Of a stretch of DNA of 48,748 nucleotides, positions 1-10,114 are shown piece after piece. This DNA is from Nitrospirota bacterium. Lineage in GTDB: Bacteria > Nitrospirota > Thermodesulfovibrionia > Thermodesulfovibrionales > UBA9159. The DNA lies in assembly GCA_963699545.1 (NCBI GenBank), contig CAVOUE010000001.1, forward strand, positions 1 through 48,748, given 5' to 3'. The position numbers and the translations under genes are program-made. How positions within the stretch are numbered: position 1 is the first letter of the stretch; the number at the start of each line of letters is the position of its first letter. The notes under the pieces are model-generated. The model saw only the letters and a list, made by a program, of their open reading frames with translations. It made no database searches and was not told the origin of the DNA.

Positions 1-437
1 TTCCGCCGGAGGAGAGGGCAAAGGCGAGGTGATACAGGTAGCGCGGGATTTACCGGGCTCGAGCATCACAGCTCTTTCCCAAGCTCCGCAGCCCGGCTCG
101 AGATCAGGTTTCATCTGCCAGACCAGGGCCAGGTTGTGGTGAAGCGGAGCGGAATCAGGGCTGATTCTTATGGCTTCGGAGAAGTTTCTTCCGCCTCGCC
201 AAAATGCCCCCTTCCGAGGGCCTTTATGCCTTTCTCGTTGAGCGTGCCTGAACGGTCCCCGGAGGAGGAGAGGGAAATTGACTCGAGAGGGAAGAGAAAA
301 CGCCTCGGTTCGCTGTACATCCTCTTCCAGTAAGCCTGGTCTCGCGCCGTCCAGTCATTGCATGCGTGGACGTCCAGGGCGCAAGAAAAGAGGGCAAGAA
401 ACAAAGCGATGGAAAGTATCATTATCATTTTTCTCAT
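1..437 (-). CDS. Exported TPR-repeat protein (frameshifted; runs off window edge)
   Basis: ORF 168..452 has a signal peptide (MRKMIMILSIALFLALFSCA) and starts a TPR (LNEKGIKALGRGHFGEAEE). A shifted frame near 185 continues SEAIRISPDSAPLHHNLALVW...WERAVMLEPG to position 1. Confidence 0.65.
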
Positions 438-453
438 CTCACACCGTACCATG

Positions 454-914
454 TCATTTCACCTCGAAATAACTGTAGAGCCGCTCAAGGGCCGCTCCGA
501 ACAGGATTCTCGCCAATGTGCCCCTCTGTTCCCTTGCCATGGCCACTGCTCTGTAACTGCCCTTTCTTAGGTTCGCTCCCTGTTTCGCCGGTTCCTGTAC
601 TGCTGTTTTTCTTAGATTGAACGCAAAATCCATCCAGACGTCGGGTTTCGAACGACCGTACTGCATTCCTTTTCAGAGACCGCCTTATAGACACCTCCCG
701 AGAGCTCTTCCACCCAGAAACAAACGTTCAGCTCCTTTTCTACCGCACTTCTATTCGCGTGAGCCCCGTTATGGATCCTCAGGTAGAAGGTTTCCTTCGA
801 ATCATCAGCCAAGAATCTCGGCTCCATGTTCCAATGTGCGAGAGCCGGAGCCGAGTGGAGCAAGACTCCGAGGAACACGGCAACGCACAGCCCTATGACA
901 TGCGGGCAACGCAT
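454..914 (-). CDS. Hypothetical exported protein (frameshift near 665)
   Basis: ORF 612..914 has a signal peptide ending in ALA. ORF 454..666 supplies a plausible C-terminus ending just before the next start. Confidence 0.5.
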
Positions 915-915
915 A

Positions 916-1772
916 TCAGTGCCTTATGAATGGCGAGGTGATTTCTGAATTCGAGGAAGTCCGGACTCGTCCTCTCTCTCGGGTGCGGAAGACCGATCTT
1001 CACTATTTCCCTGATCTGGCCGGGTCTTGCGCTGAAGACGACAACCCTGTTGCGAGATAGGCAGCTTCCTCGATGTCATGGGTCACGAAGACTATTGTCT
1101 GTTCTATGCTCTGCCATATTCTTATGAGATGATCCTGGAGGTTATTCCTCGTCTGGGCATCCAGGGCGCCAAAGGGCTCATCCATCAGGAGAAGTTCAGG
1201 ATGGTTCACGATCGCCCTGCCTACCGCAACCCTCTGCAGCATTCCACCCGAAAGCGTTCTCGGATATGACTTCTCGAAGCCGGTGAGCTGAATGAGATCT
1301 ATGGTTTTCACCACCCGTTCCTTCCTCTCTTCACTGCCCACTCCCTGAAGTCTTGGACCAAGGCTTATATTGCTTTCGACCGTGAGCCATGGGAACACCG
1401 CCCGCTCGCTCTGAAACACCATGGCCCTCTGGGGGTGGGGCCCCTGTATGCATTTGCCCTTGCACTTCGCCATGCCGTTGGAGGGAGATTCAAAGCCTGC
1501 GAGGATCCTCAGAAGAGTGCTCTTCCCGCAGCCGCTGGGGCCGAGAAAGGCAACAAATTCCCCGTGGTCGATATTCAACGTCACATCCTTGAGCACCACG
1601 AGCTCACGGGTTTCTTCCTCGAAAAGAAACGTTTCTTTTCCGTGATCACCGTCTCCCCGCCGTTCGTGTACACAAAAAAGGATTTGGAGACGTTCTCTAT
1701 CTCGATAACGTGACGTCCGTTATAGATAGCCTTGCTCCCGGAACCTAAACCCCGCTCGATACTTTTCTTCAT
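916..1772 (-). CDS. NitT/TauT-family ABC transporter ATP-binding protein (frameshifted; ends approximate)
   Basis: GPSGCGKST, LSGGMLQR, LLMDEPFGALD and VTHD in ORF 1003..1599. N-terminus (IEIENVSKSF) is in ORF 1581..1826; C-terminus (RVVVFSARPGQIREIV..PHPRERTSPDF) is in another frame. Confidence 0.9.
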
Positions 1773-1794
1773 CGCTGATACTTCCCTGTTCTCT

Positions 1795-2807
1795 TCAATC
1801 GACGTCCTCATCATTGCCCACCTCACAATCGCCTGTTCTGTTTTTTCTTAAAATGGTGTCGAAGAGTATCCCAAGCATGCAGATCACCACCATTCCCCCA
1901 AGGACCGTCGGGGTATCAAGGAGGTTCCTCGCGTCTTCGATCATCCATCCAAGCCCTGCGTCCACCGCAACCAGTTCTGCGGTAACAAGGCATACCCAGC
2001 CGATGCCGAAGCCGATCCTTATCCCGGTAAAGATAGTGGGGAACGCCGACGGCAGCATTACCCTTCTGTAGACGTCCATCCTCTTTCCGCCGAGAGTGAG
2101 TATCGATTCTACATGTATCTGCTGCGTATTCCTGATGCCGCGAATGGTATTCAGGAGAATCGGGAAGAAAGACCCGAGCCAGATTATGTAGATCGCAGGC
2201 GGGTTACCAATTCCGAACCACAGGATCGCGAACGGCAGCCACGCCGGAGGAGGTATGGCCCTGATAGGTTCAGGAGGGGATCAATATAGTCTGAAACCTT
2301 GCGGAAATTGGCGATGAGGAACCCGAGGGGTACCCCGGTGAGAATGGCAAGGAAAAAGGCGATGAAGAGACGCTGGATCGAAGACCAGATGTGTATCTGT
2401 AAGTAGTGCTTGGCCCAGTGTCCCTGAAGCTTTGCGACCACCGTTGTGGGAGGAGGGAGAGAGGTGCCCGATCTGACCAGATGGAGATATACGATCAGCT
2501 CCCATGCGATCAAAAGAACCCCTACCGAAGTCAATGCTCGGACAAGGACGATCGGGATCACTTTCGGGAACTGGGACTTCAGGAGATGGAGAATAGCTAC
2601 CGCGATCGCCATTCCGATTATGAAATGAAGGGGATTGTACACCTCTCCCACCTTGAACTCCTTCTCCATAGGCCTGTTCCAGGTATCAACAGGCCCTCCC
2701 TTCTGGTCGTAAACCTGTTCTCCCCCGGAGGCTCGGTCCAGCGCCACCGTCAGGAGCCCCAGGGCCATAACTATGGCCACTACTGCGATCTTTGTCCTCA
2801 ACTCCAT
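1795..2807 (-). CDS. NitT/TauT ABC permease 3 with N-terminal extension (frameshift near 2275)
   Basis: ORF 2184..2807 (LPPP, SIQRLFIAF..GVPLG) plus ORF 1795..2079 (LPSAFPTIFTGIRIGFGIGW..AELVAVDAGLG). Confidence 0.88.
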
Positions 2808-3742
2808 TTCGTTACCTCCCTCATAAAGATTGGTTCTTTATTTTTTTTGAGCGTCTCGCTGCAGCGTGAAAGAAAAACACCTCCTCTTCTAAGGATGAAA
2901 AACCTTTCGATCTTCTTCAGGAAAATATCCATGGTAAGCCCCAGGGCACAGACCGTAGTCATTCCCACAAATACCGTGGGCGTTTCGAGCCGGCTCCTCG
3001 CGCCTTCGATCATAAAACCGAGTCCGCTGTCGGCAGCAACGATCTCCGCACTCACCAGGACAAGCCAGCCGATGCCGAAACCGATCCTTATACCGGTAAG
3101 AATAGTGGGCAGAGCGGAAGGGATGATCACATGTTTCAGCACATCCGCCCTTCCTCCGCCCATGGTCTGTATGACCTCGATATGTATCCTCTCTGCTTCC
3201 CTCACGCCCTGCACCGTGTTCAAAAGAATGGGGAAGAAACATCCGAGGGCTATCACAAAGACAGCGGGACCTTCCCCGATCCCGAACAGGATGATCGCGA
3301 AGGGCAGGATCGCAGGGGCAGGGATCATCCTCATAAAATTCAAGGGAGGGGCCAACCAGTCATATGCCTTTTTGAAAAGACCGAGCGCGATACCAACGGG
3401 GACAGCAATGACAAGAGCAAGGGAAAACCCCGCCAGAAACCTGCTCATAGTAGAAATGATGTTTGCCTGTAGATATCCTTTCTTCAGGAAATAGAGCGTC
3501 TTTGCGATGATAACCGACGGAGGCGCAAGGAGCATGCTCCTGAAGATCCCGAGGTAGAGGGTCCCCTCCCAGAGAAGGAGGAAGATCGACCACACCACGA
3601 ACGTCCCGTAAAGCTTCCCGGAGATTGCATGCCCCGCATAATATCTGGAAAGCGTCGCCAGCACCAGCACAGCCGAAACAGCACCTATAAAGAAGAGCGG
3701 ATGAATCGTACACCTCCCTGAAATATTCCCCGTCTGTTCCAA
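2798..3742 (-). CDS. NitT/TauT ABC permease 2
   Basis: RMIPAPA, FFPILLNT, IPSALPTILTGIRIGFGIGW and AEIVAADSGLG motifs. Confidence 0.92.
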   Translation of the reverse strand: MEQTGNISGRCTIHPLFFIGAVSAVLVLATLSRYYAGHAISGKLYGTFVVWSIFLLLWEGTLYLGIFRSMLLAPPSVIIAKTLYFLKKGYLQANIISTMSRFLAGFSLALVIAVPVGIALGLFKKAYDWLAPPLNFMRMIPAPAILPFAIILFGIGEGPAVFVIALGCFFPILLNTVQGVREAERIHIEVIQTMGGGRADVLKHVIIPSALPTILTGIRIGFGIGWLVLVSAEIVAADSGLGFMIEGARSRLETPTVFVGMTTVCALGLTMDIFLKKIERFFILRRGGVFLSRCSETLKKNKEPIFMREVTKWS

Positions 3743-3745
3743 TAA

Positions 3746-3837
3746 ATGAAGACCCCTGCGGCAAGACCGCAGGGTATCTTAACGTCTGGAATTGTTATTA
3801 TCATATTCGCTCGCTGTATCGCTCGCTACCCGTTTCA
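3746..3837. repeat. Palindromic dispersed intergenic element, copy 1 (short form)
   Basis: ATGAAGACCCCTGCGGCAAGACCGCAGGGTATCTTAACGT...ATATTCGCTCGCT...CGCTCGCTACCCGTTTCA is closely similar to 45457..45570. Confidence 0.85.
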
Positions 3838-4707
3838 TGACCATCCCTGCACAAGTCCATCGAACTTTTTCAGCATGAGATCGGTGATTGTCCCGAGCAC
3901 ACCCACCACGATGATGCCGCTCAGGACCGTAGTCGTATCGAGAAGGATCCTCGAGTCCTGGATCATCCATCCCAGCCCCGCTCCGATATCCACAGAGGCC
4001 AGTTCGGCGGTGATCACCGTTATCCAGCCAATTCCAAGCCCGATCCTCGCCCCCGTCAATATGTGGTGATACGCTACCGGCAGGATCACCTCCAGAAGCA
4101 CATCGTATTTGTCCCCGCCGAAGGTGAGAACTGTTTCGACCTGGACCGGCTCTGCCTTGTTCACCCCATTCACCGTATTCATAAAGATAGGGAAAAAGAC
4201 TCCGAGCCAAATGATGAATATGGCAGAGGCATAGCCGATACCAAACCAGAGAATGGAAAGGGAAAGCCATGCAGGCGCCGGAATGAGACGGGCAGCGTTG
4301 AGAAGAGACTCAAGAGACGAAAAACGCTTCGAAAAGAAGCCTACTAAAATACCGAGCGTCACTGCGCTCAGGAGAGCAAGGACAAACGCGGCGAAGAGCC
4401 GGTAAAGGGTCGAACCTATCTGGGGCTGGAGAAACCCTATCGACCACAGATATATGATATTCGAAAAAAACTTTGTGGGTGGCGGCAAAAGCACGGGACT
4501 CAGGAGCTTAAGCAGTGACAATATTTCCCAGACAGAGAGAATGCCGCTCGCAACAATAAAGCCTTTAAGGATAGAGGACGAGACCAAGTTCGGAAAGAAC
4601 CGTCGTGTGAGAGCAAGGGCCACGCATAAGAGGAATAGTATGAGAATAAAGAACGGTGAAGCGATGATATCTCCGCTTTCCATTTCTGGAAAGACATTGC
4701 CATGCAT
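3835..4707 (-). CDS. NitT/TauT ABC permease 1
   Basis: LPPP, RLIPAPAW, FFPIFMNT, ILTGARIGLGIGW and AELAS motifs. Confidence 0.92.
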   Translation of the reverse strand: MHGNVFPEMESGDIIASPFFILILFLLCVALALTRRFFPNLVSSSILKGFIVASGILSVWEILSLLKLLSPVLLPPPTKFFSNIIYLWSIGFLQPQIGSTLYRLFAAFVLALLSAVTLGILVGFFSKRFSSLESLLNAARLIPAPAWLSLSILWFGIGYASAIFIIWLGVFFPIFMNTVNGVNKAEPVQVETVLTFGGDKYDVLLEVILPVAYHHILTGARIGLGIGWITVITAELASVDIGAGLGWMIQDSRILLDTTTVLSGIIVVGVLGTITDLMLKKFDGLVQGWS

Positions 4708-4755
4708 CAGGGTGCCCCCTTTTATAAAGTATATACTATATTAATTACACTTATC

Positions 4756-4789
4756 AAGGAAGGATCCCCCACTCCGGGGACCCCTCCCT
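4756..4789 (-). terminator. Stem-loop after the binding-protein gene (terminator or mRNA stabiliser)
   Basis: Minus strand AGGGAGGGGTCCCC-GGAGTG-GGGGATCCTTCCTT lies just after the SBP stop. Confidence 0.5.
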
Positions 4790-4797
4790 GACACATC

Positions 4798-5829
4798 CTA
4801 CAGTCCCAGCTCAGGCAGAGACGAAAGACCCATCTCTTTTAGCGCCAATTTCTGGAATCTGTCGTTCAGACCGTCTTTCTGGAACTCGGCCTTCTCGATT
4901 ATCCCGAGAGCCTTTGTCGCCTCGGCAAATTTTTTCGACCCTTCGGGGTCGAGGCTGAGATTGAGCCGCTGGCGTTTTTCTCTGAAGACCGTTGCGATCT
5001 CCTTTTCATCTATACCGCACCATTTCGCGTTTGCCCTGACATTGTCGTCAAAGTTCTTGGCGATATGCATGTAGCCCCTTATGTGGGCCTTCATGACCTT
5101 TGTCGCAACCTCCACGTTCTTGTTCGCCCAGTCTGTGCCGAACGCCATCCGGCAGCATACGTGTCTCGGCCAGATATCCTTCGAAAAGATTGCCGGCCTT
5201 CCGTATTTTGTTGCCTCTGCATGGGTCGCCCAGGGCTCCCAGAATATCGCGCAATCAAGGTCACCCTTTTCGAGTCCCGTGAGGATATCCTGGTTATGCG
5301 TGAAGTTCCTCACTGTAGCGTCCTTGAAGGGATCGATCCCTGCCTCCAGCATCTTGTAGCGCACAACGATATCAGCGGTCGCGGCCCTGATCGTGCCTAT
5401 CTTTTTGCCCCGTAGGTCCTTTACTGTCTTGATGTCCGAAGGCCGGTTCATCGGCACCACCACTGCCGAAGACTCCATGGCAGAACCGGAAACTATGTTC
5501 ATGGGCACGTCCCGCGTTACCATGCCTATGGACGGGCTTGAGCCGAGATATGCGACCTGGATCGCTCCGGTAATACAGGCAGAGCCGATCTCCCCGGACC
5601 CCTGGAAGAGCACCGGCTTGACGTCCAGTCCTTCGTCTTTGTAAAAGCCCTGTTCAAGCGCCACAAAGAGGGGGGCATGATGTGTCGCCTTCAGATATCC
5701 GATCTTGATCTCTTCCTTGGCCAGGGATTTCTTGACGAACGGCCCAATAAATGACCCGCCCAGGACAAATGCCCCGGTAGCCACCATTGAGGCTTTCACA
5801 AAATCCCGTCTGTTTAGCTTTTTGTTCAT
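4798..5829 (-). CDS. NitT/TauT/SsuA-family substrate-binding protein, Tat-exported
   Basis: Tat motif NRRDFVK after an AGGAGG RBS (ATG 5829); IKIGYL, APLFVALEQGFY, DLRGKKIG, WEPW and HVCC motifs. Confidence 0.92.
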   Translation of the reverse strand: MNKKLNRRDFVKASMVATGAFVLGGSFIGPFVKKSLAKEEIKIGYLKATHHAPLFVALEQGFYKDEGLDVKPVLFQGSGEIGSACITGAIQVAYLGSSPSIGMVTRDVPMNIVSGSAMESSAVVVPMNRPSDIKTVKDLRGKKIGTIRAATADIVVRYKMLEAGIDPFKDATVRNFTHNQDILTGLEKGDLDCAIFWEPWATHAEATKYGRPAIFSKDIWPRHVCCRMAFGTDWANKNVEVATKVMKAHIRGYMHIAKNFDDNVRANAKWCGIDEKEIATVFREKRQRLNLSLDPEGSKKFAEATKALGIIEKAEFQKDGLNDRFQKLALKEMGLSSLPELGL

Positions 5830-5904
5830 TCTTCCTCCTTCTTCCTTTTTGAGAGTAGGAGTAGGACGTCTTGATTCGTCCAATGCGCCTCTTTACTCAT
5901 ACTC

Positions 5905-6444
5905 TTATGCGTTGTATACCAGCTCGGTCTTTACATTTACCGTCTTACAAATCGTCAATCCCACGGGCGAGAACTGCACGACACGGTCGAAAACCTTCTT
6001 GATCGCTTCCTTGCTCGCGTCGCTCTTGATGTGCACTTTGGCCTTTACGGTATGGTAGCCCGGAAGGTCTTTCAGTCCTTCGAGACCCGAGAGACGGAGA
6101 AAACCCGGCAGATCGATGTGGCCTTCCAGATCAATCTCGATGCTCTTTAACTGTATCCCCTCTAAAGCAGCATTGAGACTTAATCCAACTGTCAGGCAGG
6201 CCCCATAACAAGCAAGAATTGTTTCATGGGGACTTATCGCCGTATCAGTCCCTGCTACAGCCTCAGGCTCATCAAAGTTCAGAGTGAAGTTCCTGAGCTT
6301 GGCCTCAGACTTCAGTCCGCCCTTCCACTTTGTTTTTGCGGTCCAGATCGTTGCCCCTTTCTTGGGATCATCCTTAACAGCATTGACAGTAGCTTTAAAG
6401 ACCTCAAGATCGACATCATTAACCATTTTGGTTCCAACAGCCAT
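5905..6444 (-). CDS. OsmC/Ohr-family protein
   Basis: DEPEAVAGTDTAISPHETILACYGAC; the C-terminal CPV position reads SPV. Confidence 0.85.
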   Translation of the reverse strand: MAVGTKMVNDVDLEVFKATVNAVKDDPKKGATIWTAKTKWKGGLKSEAKLRNFTLNFDEPEAVAGTDTAISPHETILACYGACLTVGLSLNAALEGIQLKSIEIDLEGHIDLPGFLRLSGLEGLKDLPGYHTVKAKVHIKSDASKEAIKKVFDRVVQFSPVGLTICKTVNVKTELVYNA

Positions 6445-6491
6445 GTTTGTTACCTCCTCTTCTTTTGTTTACCATTCGTAACCCTTGCCTT

Positions 6492-7076
6492 TCACTTCAC
6501 TTGCGCCTCGTACCTCCACCTCCTTTCAGGGAAAGAAAACGTTTGGCCTTCAGTGTCGGATTCACAACCGCTGCGATCCTCCCTATTCGAACGAACACTG
6601 TATTTTTTCCTTATCAGCTTCGACAACTCCTGCAGATCGCCATAATGCATCGCTTCCGAAGGACAATTTTGCACACATGCAGGAATTCCGCCCTTCGATG
6701 TCCTGTGTATGCATAAGGTGCATTTTTGCATCTTTCTGTCCTCACCCATTTGAGGCGCTCCGAAGGGGCACGCCCTGAAGCACTCCGCACACCCGATGCA
6801 TAAATCCTTATTCACCAGCACAATGCCATCTTCCTCTCTCTTCGATATGGCTTTTGTGGGGCAGACGCTCATACATGCGGGGTCACCGCAGTGCATGCAT
6901 GCCATAGGCTTCCAGTAGATCTTCCATTCCCCCGCCACCTTCGTCTCGACCTCCATAACCTGTATCCATTTCGGGCCCGGAGGGATGGCGTTTTCGGCCT
7001 TGCACGCGGTTTCACACGCATGACAGCCTACACACCGGAACGTATCGACAACTATCGCCTTGTGTTGGTTACGCAT
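6492..7076 (-). CDS. 4Fe-4S dicluster (DmsB/NrfC-like) electron-transfer subunit
   Basis: CVGCHACETAC, CMHCGDPACMSVCP, CIGCAECFRACP and KCTLC..PACVQNCP. Confidence 0.93.
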   Translation of the reverse strand: MRNQHKAIVVDTFRCVGCHACETACKAENAIPPGPKWIQVMEVETKVAGEWKIYWKPMACMHCGDPACMSVCPTKAISKREEDGIVLVNKDLCIGCAECFRACPFGAPQMGEDRKMQKCTLCIHRTSKGGIPACVQNCPSEAMHYGDLQELSKLIRKKYSVRSNREDRSGCESDTEGQTFSFPERRWRYEAQVK

Positions 7077-9257
7077 GCGATTCCTCCTTCCTTATCTGCA
7101 CCAGACAGTTGAAATAGGCAATGGTATGTCCGTCCCGCTCAAAATCATACTCCTCCATAATTCCTGCTCCCACATCTCTCGGGCCACCCACCAACTGTTC
7201 AAGCAAGACATTGGCACTCCCGTTGCTCTTTACCCATATGCCACTGTTTACCTCACATACGCCGGCCTTTATCCTGTTCGTCATCTTTGCGATCACCGAT
7301 ATCTCTCCCCTGTCATTGAAGACCTTTACCCTGTCACCGTTCTCTATTCCGCGGTCCGCCATATCCTTTTCATTGATGAAGATACTGGGAGGGCCTTCTA
7401 TCTCCTGTATCTCTCCCACGTTGAACCACTGGCTGTGGGTCCTGAAAGGTGCATGCTGGGAGATGAGCATGAGAGGATATTTCTTGTAGAGGTCCGGACG
7501 GCTGACAGGGACTCTCTGCCGTCTCCTCAAAACGAGGCACGGGATGCCAGTCTCCAGGGTATTTTTTTCCTTTCTCGACCATTCCCGTGGAATAAAGCTC
7601 CACCTTGCCGGTCGGTGTATCAAATACCTTATCACTCCACGGGACGCGAGCGGCATACTTCTCCGGGACCCTTATAGGATCATTGGAGGCAAGGGCATTC
7701 TTTATCGTGCTTTGACTGATATCGTCGGCAAGGAACTCCCTGATCCAGTCAAGCCCTGTGTACTCCCTGGGGAAGAACTTTCCGTATCCCATCCTCCGAC
7801 CCAGTTCGCACCAGAAGTCAAGATCCGGCTTTGATTCATACAGGGGTTCTATCACTGGTTTTTGCAGCTGGAGATAGGGATGCCAGTAAGAGGGGTGGAC
7901 TCCCCACTGCTCAAACGTATCGCTTGCAGGAAGGACCAAATCCGCCCAATCGGCATCATCGGTCATGAAGAGTTCCATGCTCACGAAGAGCTCAAGTTTC
8001 TTGATGGCTTCCGTCATCCGGTGGACATTCGGATGCTGGCTGATGAGTCCTCCTCTCCACGAAATCACTGCTTTGAGAGGAGGGTTTTTTGCCTCTCTCA
8101 GGGCAGGGCCGAAGGTGCTGATATTGATAAGCCTCCTCTTCAACGTCTTATGTGGTGCACCCCTGGGATACATCACCCGGTCAAAATTAAGAATCCCCTT
8201 GTAGGCGAGCAGGTCGAAATAATTGCAGCTCGCTCCCTCTTTCCCGATATGGCCGCACACGCCCGCCAGACAGGAATAGGCCCTTTGGGTCTGGTGCCCG
8301 TTCGTGTAACGCTGATGTCCCCATCCCGTCTCCATATGGGAATGGTACTTTGCGTAGATCTCCGCCGCCTTGGCTATTTTTTCCGGCTCGACCCCGGTCA
8401 CCTTGCAGCCTTTTCCAACGTCCATTTCGAGATCTCCTTCATCAATTCATCGAAGCCGTAGGTATAGTTGTGCGATGAACTCCTTGTCGTGGAGATCCTT
8501 CTTCACGATATGACTGATCATCGCAAGGACCATTGCCGCATCGGTCCCGGGTCTCGGCTGGAGGAACAGATCCGCCTTTGTGGCAATGGGGGTAAGATAG
8601 GAATCGATGACGATGAGGTAAGCCCCCCTTTCCACCGCATCCCAGAGGAACGGCAGGGAATGGACGTTGGTGAAGGAGGAATTATGGCCCACGATCATTA
8701 TCACTTCGGCCTTCTTTGACCATACCTCTATACTCTGGGTATGCTGCGTGCCCGTGGTAAACGTGGCGCCGGCAAGACCGCTCAGTATGCAGAAACTCCC
8801 CACGAGCTTGGAAGAGCCAAAGAGGTTCAGGAAACGGCCGGAGACTGTCTTTGCGAGGAACTCCCTGTTCCCGCTGTAAACATATTCTACGAGGGACTCT
8901 CCCCCCCATTTCTTCTTGCAGTAATCAAGCTTGTCCACGAGATAATCATAGGCCTCATCCCAGCTCACCCGCTTGAACTCACCCTTCCCCCTCTTGCCGA
9001 CCCTCATGAGGGGGTATTTAATCCGGTCTTTATGGTACGTTCTCTGCACATAGGTGTTCGCCTTGACACAGAGATGGCCCCTTGTGATGGGATGATCCGG
9101 GTCGCCCTCAACCTTGAGCAGTCCTGCCATCCTTCACATAGGTAATAACACTGCACGTATCAAAGCAGTTTCTCGGGCAGATGGTCTTTACCACCTTATC
9201 CACCTTTACCGTCCCGCCGTTTACGGTGGTGGTAAGTGCCGGAACAGCTCTTCTCAT
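7069..9257 (-). CDS. Molybdopterin (DMSO reductase family) oxidoreductase catalytic subunit, cytoplasmic (at least 3 frameshifts)
   Basis: Pieces: 9108..9293 (CPRNCFDTC); 8447..9130 (GHLCVK, RVSWDEA, GSFC, PRPGTDAA); 7370..8425 (ADLVLPA..FE, TPTGKVELYS); 7069..~7500 (HSQW, GIENGDRVKVFNDRG). GGGGAGG RBS before ATG 9257; no Tat consensus. Confidence 0.9.
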
Positions 9258-9292
9258 ATGGTCCCTCCCCTGTTTATTTAAATTTTTATTCA

Positions 9293-9733
9293 TTATTCTC
9301 TTATTAGAGTGTTGCTCTCTTCTACTATTTGATAGCCAAAGTTCACATCCGGAGAACCCTCGAGGGTCGCCTTAACAGTGCAGTATTTCTCCATAGAGAG
9401 CTCGATCGCCCTTTTTACCGCAGTTTCAGAAAGGTTATTCCCTTTTACAATGAATTCTATGGTGATCGTCGTAAACCTCTTGGGCCATTCGTCCTCCTTT
9501 TCGCCCTTCACGACGATCTCAAAACCTGTCAGGTCCTGCTTTTTCTTCCTGAGGATCGAGAGCGCCGCCATACCTGAACAACTGCCGAGTCCTATCAGGA
9601 GGAGATCGGTCGGCATGAGACCGGCGTTTTTCCCTCCGCCCTCGTTATCACCGTCCATGAATACCACATGCCCCGATGAAGCCTCCCCAACAAACTGAAC
9701 TCCATCGAGATATCTAACCCTTGCTTCAACCAT
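9293..9733 (-). CDS. OsmC family protein (YhfA-like)
   Basis: PTDLLLIGLGSCS and AIELSMEKYCTV. AAGGAGG RBS before ATG 9733. Confidence 0.9.
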   Translation of the reverse strand: MVEARVRYLDGVQFVGEASSGHVVFMDGDNEGGGKNAGLMPTDLLLIGLGSCSGMAALSILRKKKQDLTGFEIVVKGEKEDEWPKRFTTITIEFIVKGNNLSETAVKRAIELSMEKYCTVKATLEGSPDVNFGYQIVEESNTLIRE

Positions 9734-9786
9734 ATCTGATCCTCCTTGGCTTATGCGGTTCGTTAAGGTTTCTTGATTACGTAGTG

Positions 9787-9802
9787 AGCAACTTCCGTAC
9801 CA
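9787..9802 (-). promoter_or_regulatory. Sigma54 -24/-12 promoter of the OsmC-Mo enzyme-ABC operon
   Basis: Minus strand TGGTACGGAAGTTGCT = GG-N10-GC, about 55 nt upstream of ATG 9733. Confidence 0.8.
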
Positions 9803-10114
9803 CAACACGATTCGGCGCTGAAACGCTGCCTTTCGAAGATGATTATTCTTTTTCAGATAAGTGCGGAAAAGTGTTAATGTTAAGTCGTTTAGCTATTGTC
9901 CAAGTGAAAGAGAATGATGTAATCCACGTGTCTAAAATGAGTGTGGTTATCAGATGCAGGGTGATATACGTCTCTTCATCGGGGAGAGACTCAAGCTTTT
10001 TGGGGCAGGAAGCATGGCAAAATGCAGTGCCCTTTTGACAGCCAGCGCTCTTCTCAGGGAGGATATGGGGACAACTTCTTAATAGAGAAGGGAAATTATC
10101 ACTATGCATATGCA

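Noticed and set aside
1581-2079. Possible permease-ATPase fusion if the A-run near 1845 is corrected
   Set aside because: It depends on guessing indels in an error-rich stretch and cannot be supported.
2406-3494. Long antisense ORFs (for example 2406..3494, 16962..18083, 21728..22645, 35288..36088)
   Set aside because: These are shadows of well-supported genes on the opposite strand and carry no motifs.
9733-9808. N-terminal extensions called for ORFs 9293..9808 and 31293..31763
   Set aside because: The extensions contain the sigma54 promoters, so the downstream ATGs (9733 and 31634) are better starts.
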